DNA of 64,000 nt from Selaginella moellendorffii (Eukaryota; Plantae; Lycopodiophyta): NCBI RefSeq assembly GCF_000143415.4, contig NW_003314264.1, forward strand, positions 3,455,435-3,519,434. The letters are read 5' to 3'. Below the pieces are notes generated by a model. The model did not search any database and was not told where the DNA came from. It saw only the letters and a program-made list of their open reading frames with translations. Made by a program: the position numbers and the translations under genes. Shown here in pieces: positions 57,802 to 64,000 of this stretch (positions are counted from its first letter, which is position 1; the number at the start of each line of letters is the position of its first letter).

Positions 57802-58569
57802 ATGGCATAAATTTATTTTGTGTTATATAAGAACCTAAGCTATAGGCATGTGCTCTAAATGTCATTAAGCAATTTTCACACTTATGGATAAAATTTGACT
57901 TGTATTAAGAATTGAATCTATGTCATTAAAGAATTATTCTTATTGACATCATCTAACATTTAAGATTTGATAAACTAATGATACTTCACACATATTGACA
58001 ATTGGATCAGATATCTTGGATTGGCATATCATAGTATAATATTATTACTAACATCATCATTGACAATTAGACTTCATATGCTAAAAACTCTTCCTTGGAT
58101 CTATGTGCATGCATGCATTGGACATCATAACATATAGCAGTAACATTACAATTGTCACACTTACACATATTAGATATGCTATACTATTTATATTCATTTT
58201 GTATGTTATTGACATTCTTCTTATTGCTCTTCTTAAATTTCAATTAATATTTCACTGTGGATTTTTACAAGCAAGAGAGATAGAAAGTTCCAAAACCTAA
58301 AGAAAAGGATGGAGAAGTTTCTTCTATGCTACTTTCATTCTCTTAGAGTTTTGTTTCTGAAAAAAATTTTATGTCAACATTTTGATCTTTGTCTTAGCTC
58401 TATTTCATTAGAGGCTAGAGTTTTTTCTTTTTGGTGTGGCAAGGGTAGATAGTAATTGGATTTACAAAATTCCAAGTGCAAGGAGATTCAAGTTTTTGGA
58501 TCTCTAAAACATACTCTAGCCAAATTGAATATGAAGCAAGAGTTAATCATCATCCTCTCCTCTTCTTAC

Positions 58570-60240
58570 GATCGCTTGTCAATTTTTTGACCTAGCTTCT
58601 TCCCAACAAGTACAAATCGATGGCTGGAATCACATTTGATCAACAGTAACGATCTTGTGAAAGACGGAAGCCCTAGCCTGAATTTATTTCAGAATATAAA
58701 CCGGATCAATTGCCCTCAAAGCACCACTAGTGTGATTAGAGTGTTCACAGAGAGTTCACCATGTCTCCAATCAAAGGCCTGTAGCTTGCCTGCAACTGGA
58801 TGCATAGAACAGCAACAACAGCAACCTACACACGAATCTGGCATTAGAATCATCAAGTTAGCTAGTACTAGCAACAAACAAACCAAAATCGAATGAGGAA
58901 GCACACTTACTTGGAAGAGTTGCTTCAAGTTGACAGTATCCTTGATTGCGGCATCCAGAGTATGCTTAGTGTAGGAAATAGTAGCGAAATGGCAGCACTT
59001 GAAGACATAAAGATCTTGTTTGCTCAACCCAATCAAAGTCTGCCAACCAACCTCTTGAAAGAACCAAAAGTTGATGCAGGTCTGTACCTGTGTTGAGATC
59101 ATTGAGTCTCAGCAACGTTTGATGGAGCACTTCTATTGCTGAAGTGCTTTTCTCAGATTCCAAACTGAAAATTTAGGGAAAGTGAAGCTCGGGTTACAAA
59201 CTTGTATTGCCATACCTCCTACACATATAGAACAACATGCCCATCCTCTCTAACAGTTGCCAATAAATTGGCATAACTGCTCCACATAAGTCTCAATGGC
59301 TGGGATTAACACTTTGGACATTGGTTTTAGTACAACAATTTCATACCTTGTTCAAATATTTTAGCCACTATTTTTCCCGTGGAAAATTCCCAAAGAAAAA
59401 CTTGCCCCTTGTCAGTGCCAGCAACCCCATAATGTCCTATGATGGCTACTAAGCATATTCTGCAATCAAATGTTATGAACAAAAAAGTTCCAGTAGAGTT
59501 TCATACCTGCTAGCAAGATCCAAACAAGGCATTATTCTCTAGTAGGGCCATTCTCCAGTGGTTTTGATGTTTTGCATTGTCTTTGACAGTGGTCAGAAGA
59601 CAGATACAGCAGTCTCAATTTGTGAAATCATCCACCAAAAAAAGATCTACGATATGAATGTCTGAAAAAGTATATCTTGAAATGTGGCATGAAGAAAGAA
59701 GATGTGAGAAGAGAGTGAGTTTCTTGGACAACTGCAAACTAAAGATAGAAATACCAGATTGCAAAGTAACTATCTGCATCACATCCAAGAACAAGGTGAG
59801 GTGCTTGAGGAACGATCGCTAGCTTTAAAATGCTCCAGAAAGTCTTGCAGTTATATCTTGCAGGAGGGAGATTTGTTTCATATAGAGAATGCTTGAATAG
59901 GATGTGATTAATGCAAGGAAATACAAACATGAAAAGCAATTACCTCCAAGACAAATCCATGTGCCATTCTTTGATACAACCTTTACCTCTAGCAGCGACC
60001 AAAGAAAGAGGTTTTGTTATCAAAAGGCTTCTCATTGTGGCAGTTGCATAAAGTTTAACCTTTAGATCACATTCAGCAAGAGAAACCACCTGCACTAGTT
60101 CGACTAACTAGGAAGCTCGGGGCTATGGCAAAAATTGAAGGCTATTGCTGTCTAGAGTGAGTTGAATTTCAAACTCCACTTGCAACTGCAAAAATAATGT
60201 AAGTTAAATGTACCAAGAAGAAAGAAAGACAAAACAAACT
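58570..60240 (-). repeat. Inverted, more decayed copy of the 32.0-35.0 kb pseudogene block
   Basis: Reverse complement aligns with about 31995-33315 and 34470-34990 (e.g. ILKLAIVPQAPHLVLGCDAD, KEPKVDAGLYLC, DAAIKDTVNLKQLFQ). Confidence 0.9.
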
Positions 60241-60759
60241 TCCAGAGAGTTTGCTTCACAATTTTTATAAAAGTTAAAACACATATAGCTACAAGTAGGA
60301 AAAGTGATATTTTATAATGTTATATCAATCAAAGAGCACCACTAAGAGTGGCAAGGGTGAAGTGTATGAACAAGTCCTATAATATTTTGATGAAGTGTTG
60401 GCCATAATATACCTAATTTGATTTGCTCCAATATATTTAGCTTTGCACAAAGCAAGAGGCTCTCCCAATTGCATAACTAACTTCAATGACCCATGATGGA
60501 AATGATGCAATTATTTAAAGGCATCATCATAGTCATTATTATGGTCAATGTGTGTTCTAAGACATCTAGGATAAGGTTTTAATTTGCACAAGTGGGTGTG
60601 CTTAAACTATTGTACTACAACTCCATTTTATGGAGACATGTGAGAAACTTGTGTAGATATTAGGTGTTATGCTAAGAATGATAGGTGCCAATCATTATAA
60701 AGTGATCAAATCAATGGCATAAAATTCTTCAAAAAGAAATTTCCTGCATGCTCGCTATG

Positions 60760-63700
60760 TTTTTCTTTAGTTCTTATGTTGCTTCGCAGTATGGAAATCC
60801 TTTTCACTTCACATAGAATTCCTCACTTCGCATCTTTGTAACTTGCTCTTGCACGCATTGAGATGGCCTTGACATTGTATTCCTCTTCCCTTTGGATAAC
60901 CTCAAATAAAGGTTTTACTTGGTCCTTGCGAAGTGGATCCTCAAAGTACATTTTGAGTAAGTTCACATGGAACACAGGGTGCATCTTCCCCATCTCTCGA
61001 GGAAGTTGGAAGCGGTAAGCCATTTTACCAATTCGTGCCTCAATTTTGTAAGGCCTCACGAATCTACTTAAAGCTTAAACCATTTGTTCAAAGAATAGCT
61101 TTGCCACATCTTCCGCATCCATTTCCGTTGTGGTGGGTATGAAATGTGCCATTTTCGAAAATCACGAATATCACATTAAACCCCTCACTTGGGGGGAGTC
61201 CCATAATAAAGTCCATCATAAGACATTTCTACGGACGATCTAGAATTATGATGTTTTGTAACAAGCCCCTACTAACCTTAGTCACGGCTTTGACCTGCTG
61301 ACATGTTGGACATGTCTTTATATAGTTTTGGACGTCCTTAGCCATATTTGGCTAGTGATACTTCCTCTTGCATAAGCCCATTGTTTTGGGCACTTTGTTG
61401 TGTCTCTCAAGAGGTCCATCATGACAATCTTCTAAGGCTACTTTTCTTAGTTCCCTTTCTGGAACATACACCCTTATTTGTGTATAATAGATGAGTCTAT
61501 TGCGTTTCATTTAGCTTGTTTTCTCTTTTGTTGGAAACTAACCACTCTGGTGAGCTTCCCACGCCTCTTGGTTCCTCAGCAACACTTCTTGTGTTAGACC
61601 ATTGTTCTTATATGCTATTCGCACATCATCCTGAAAGGTTGCTATTGTGCTAGATATTGCCAACTTCAAGCTCACTTTTCGACTTAGAACATCCACGACG
61701 ATGTTGCTCTTCCCAAGTTTATAAAGAATCTTGCAATCAATTTCAACTAAAGCATTAGCCCACCAACCCTATTTCCCTCTCAGGTCGGGCTGTGACAAGA
61801 AGTGTTTTGTTGCCACATTATCCGTGTAAACTTTAAAGTGTCTTCCAAGGTAGTGTCACCACTCCTTGAGCACCTTAACCACCACAAACAATTCTTTTTC
61901 GTGGGCAAGCCACTTTCATTGAGCTTTGTCCAACTTCTTCGAAAAGAACGCTACTAGATGGTTGTTTTGTTTCAACACTGCACCCAATGCAAAATTTGAA
62001 GCATTTGTTTCTACCTTAAAGTCCTTACCAAAGTTTGGTAACACTAACATGGGAGCTTTCCTTAACTTCCTTTTGAGGTGGACAAATGCTACTTTGCATT
62101 CCATTGTTCATATCATCTTTTCTTTTCCCGTTTGATTCATTAAAGGTAGAGTTACTCTCGAATAATATTTGATAAAGTTTCAGTAGTAGTTGCCTAGCCC
62201 TAAGAATGCCTTTAACTTGTGTACATTTGATGGTCATTCCCATTCTTAGATCGCTTGGACTTTCTCAAGATCCATCTTGAGCCCATCCTTGCCCACCACA
62301 TCCTCGAGAAGCTTTACCTCTTGTTGAGTAAAGTTACATTTGCTCTTTTTAGCATACAGTTGGTGTTCCTTTAGTTTCTTAAACACCTTCCTCAAGTGTT
62401 TGGCATGCTCCTTTAGTGTCTCGCTATAGGTCAAGATGTTGTCAATGTAGACAACCACGAAATGATCCAGATAGGGTATGAAAATGTGGTTCATTAGTGT
62501 CGAGAATGTTGCTGGTGCATTGCACAGCCCAAAGGGCATCACTAGAAACTCAAAGTTTCCATACCTTGTCTGACAAATTGTCTTCTCAACATCTTCTTTT
62601 GCTACTCTGATCTGGTAGTATCCTAACCTTAGGTCAATCCTTGAAAAGTATTTTGCCTTTCCCAACTTGTCAAATAAGTCCTCAATTCTTGGTAAAGGGT
62701 ATTTGATCTTCTTTGTATATTTGTTAAACACATATGTATAGATCCATCTTTCTTTTTCACAAATAACACCAATGCACCATACGGTGATCTACTCAACCTA
62801 ACATACCCTTTTTCCACCAACTCTTCAAGTTGGTGTTTGAGATTTTCAAGTTCTTTTTCATTCAACCGATAGGGGGAACAAACTACTGCCTTAGCACCCT
62901 CGATTAGCTCGATCTTATGTTCTATCAGTCATTCGGGGGGTAACTCTACTGGTAGCTCCTTTGGCATGGTATCTTGGAATTGGTCTAACATCGGTTGAAT
63001 CACTAAAGGTACTTCTTTTATTCCCGTCTTTTTATCATTCCTCACCGAGAGTAAGCACAAAAATGTTACCTTGGTTCCTTTAGTGAGTTGTCCTTTCGTA
63101 GACACCAGGCTTAAGCAAGAGTCTTTGGCCTTACATTGCCCTACCTTTAGATCTTGAGCCTCCACCTTGGATCATTCTCCTCAGGCATTCACCAGTACCA
63201 CAAAGTTTTTATTTTGTCCATGCAGGGCTACCATAAACCAATTGAACTAATTGAACCAATCCATCTTGAAAATTATGTTAAATCTCACTATGTCCAATAC
63301 AGTGAAATCCATATCTATTTTTCATGTCCCTACTTCAACTCTTGCTTATCGAAATACCTCATTGGTGCATTGGCTACCTTAAACAAACTTTATAGTCTTT
63401 GGTTCACTTAGCCGTTGCACCATTTTCCAAAGCACCCATGTCAATAAGGATTTTAACAAAATTACCTCCAAGCTTCCCTTAAAGGGCTAGTAGATATCCG
63501 AATGACTCTCTACCAAAATTGCTCATGTAATGAGTAACTTTGAGCTAGGGACTAAATCACGTACCTCAGTTTGGATTTCACCTGATTTAATAGCCATATT
63601 GGCTCTAGCCTTCTTTGGGTAGGGACATTCCCTTGAAAAGTGTCTCGCTTCACCGTAGTTGAAGCATATGTTGTTTACCACGCTATTAACAGACTTGACC

Positions 63701-64000
63701 TTTTTATCCATGGGTTTGTCTTTTTTTGCTTAATTCCCCCACGTACTTACTTGTTAGCCACTGGATCTACCTTTTCGAAACCAGGGACTCATTCTTAGAG
63801 AAACTTTTCTTCAAGTTTTCTTTGCCATATATCCCCCTTGGTTTGGCCCTTTTGCTAAACGTGAACCCCGACCTTATTATGTTCCTCTTTCGTAAGTTAT
63901 CATTGAAATGCACCTTGATAGTTGCATCCAATACTTTCTTGTAATTGTCAAGTTCTAATACATCACCTTGGCGGTGAGCCAGGTTTGCAAACCTGATATG
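60760..64000 (-). mobile_element. Degenerate Ty3/gypsy (chromovirus-like) element, 5' end beyond the window
   Basis: Zinc-knuckle remnant CFNYGEARHFSREC, RT YPLPRIEDLFD..VMPFGL..VYIDN, RNase H ETNASNFALGAVL, GPY/F RPYKIEARIG..HPVFHV, chromodomain remnant EEEYNVKAI; LTR not identified. Confidence 0.88.

Overview
Eukaryotic land-plant nuclear DNA, probably the lycophyte Selaginella. This is inferred from 47-65 nt introns, dense gene packing, decayed PPR genes and a Tcn1-type chromovirus. The left half (1-35 kb) is gene-rich: cytosolic RPE with a 5-nt micro-exon, tRNA-Leu(AAG), two F-box genes, a secreted Cys-rich peptide gene and its decayed duplicate, a very young Ty3/gypsy element with identical 233-bp LTRs, an RGI/RGFR-type LRR-XI receptor kinase, tRNA-Ala(AGC) head-to-head with a long PRORP (protein-only RNase P), an OPT transporter, a short CDCA7-like zinc-finger gene and a decayed three-gene block. 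The right half (35-64 kb) is a nest of Ty3/gypsy retrotransposons inside a kinase pseudogene. It is followed by an inverted copy of the decayed block and another degenerate gypsy. The most striking object is a 7.3-kb non-coding LTR element (41079-48420, plus a solo LTR at 39038-40627). Its sense strand, LTRs included, reads as an almost wall-to-wall chain of short stem-loops with frequent G-U pairs and two tandem tRNA T-loop/B-box hairpins. Two unrelated gypsy elements carry GGGAAAC + pseudoknot -1 frameshift signals, and one has a self-priming PBS. All calls were made by eye; no searches or folding were run.
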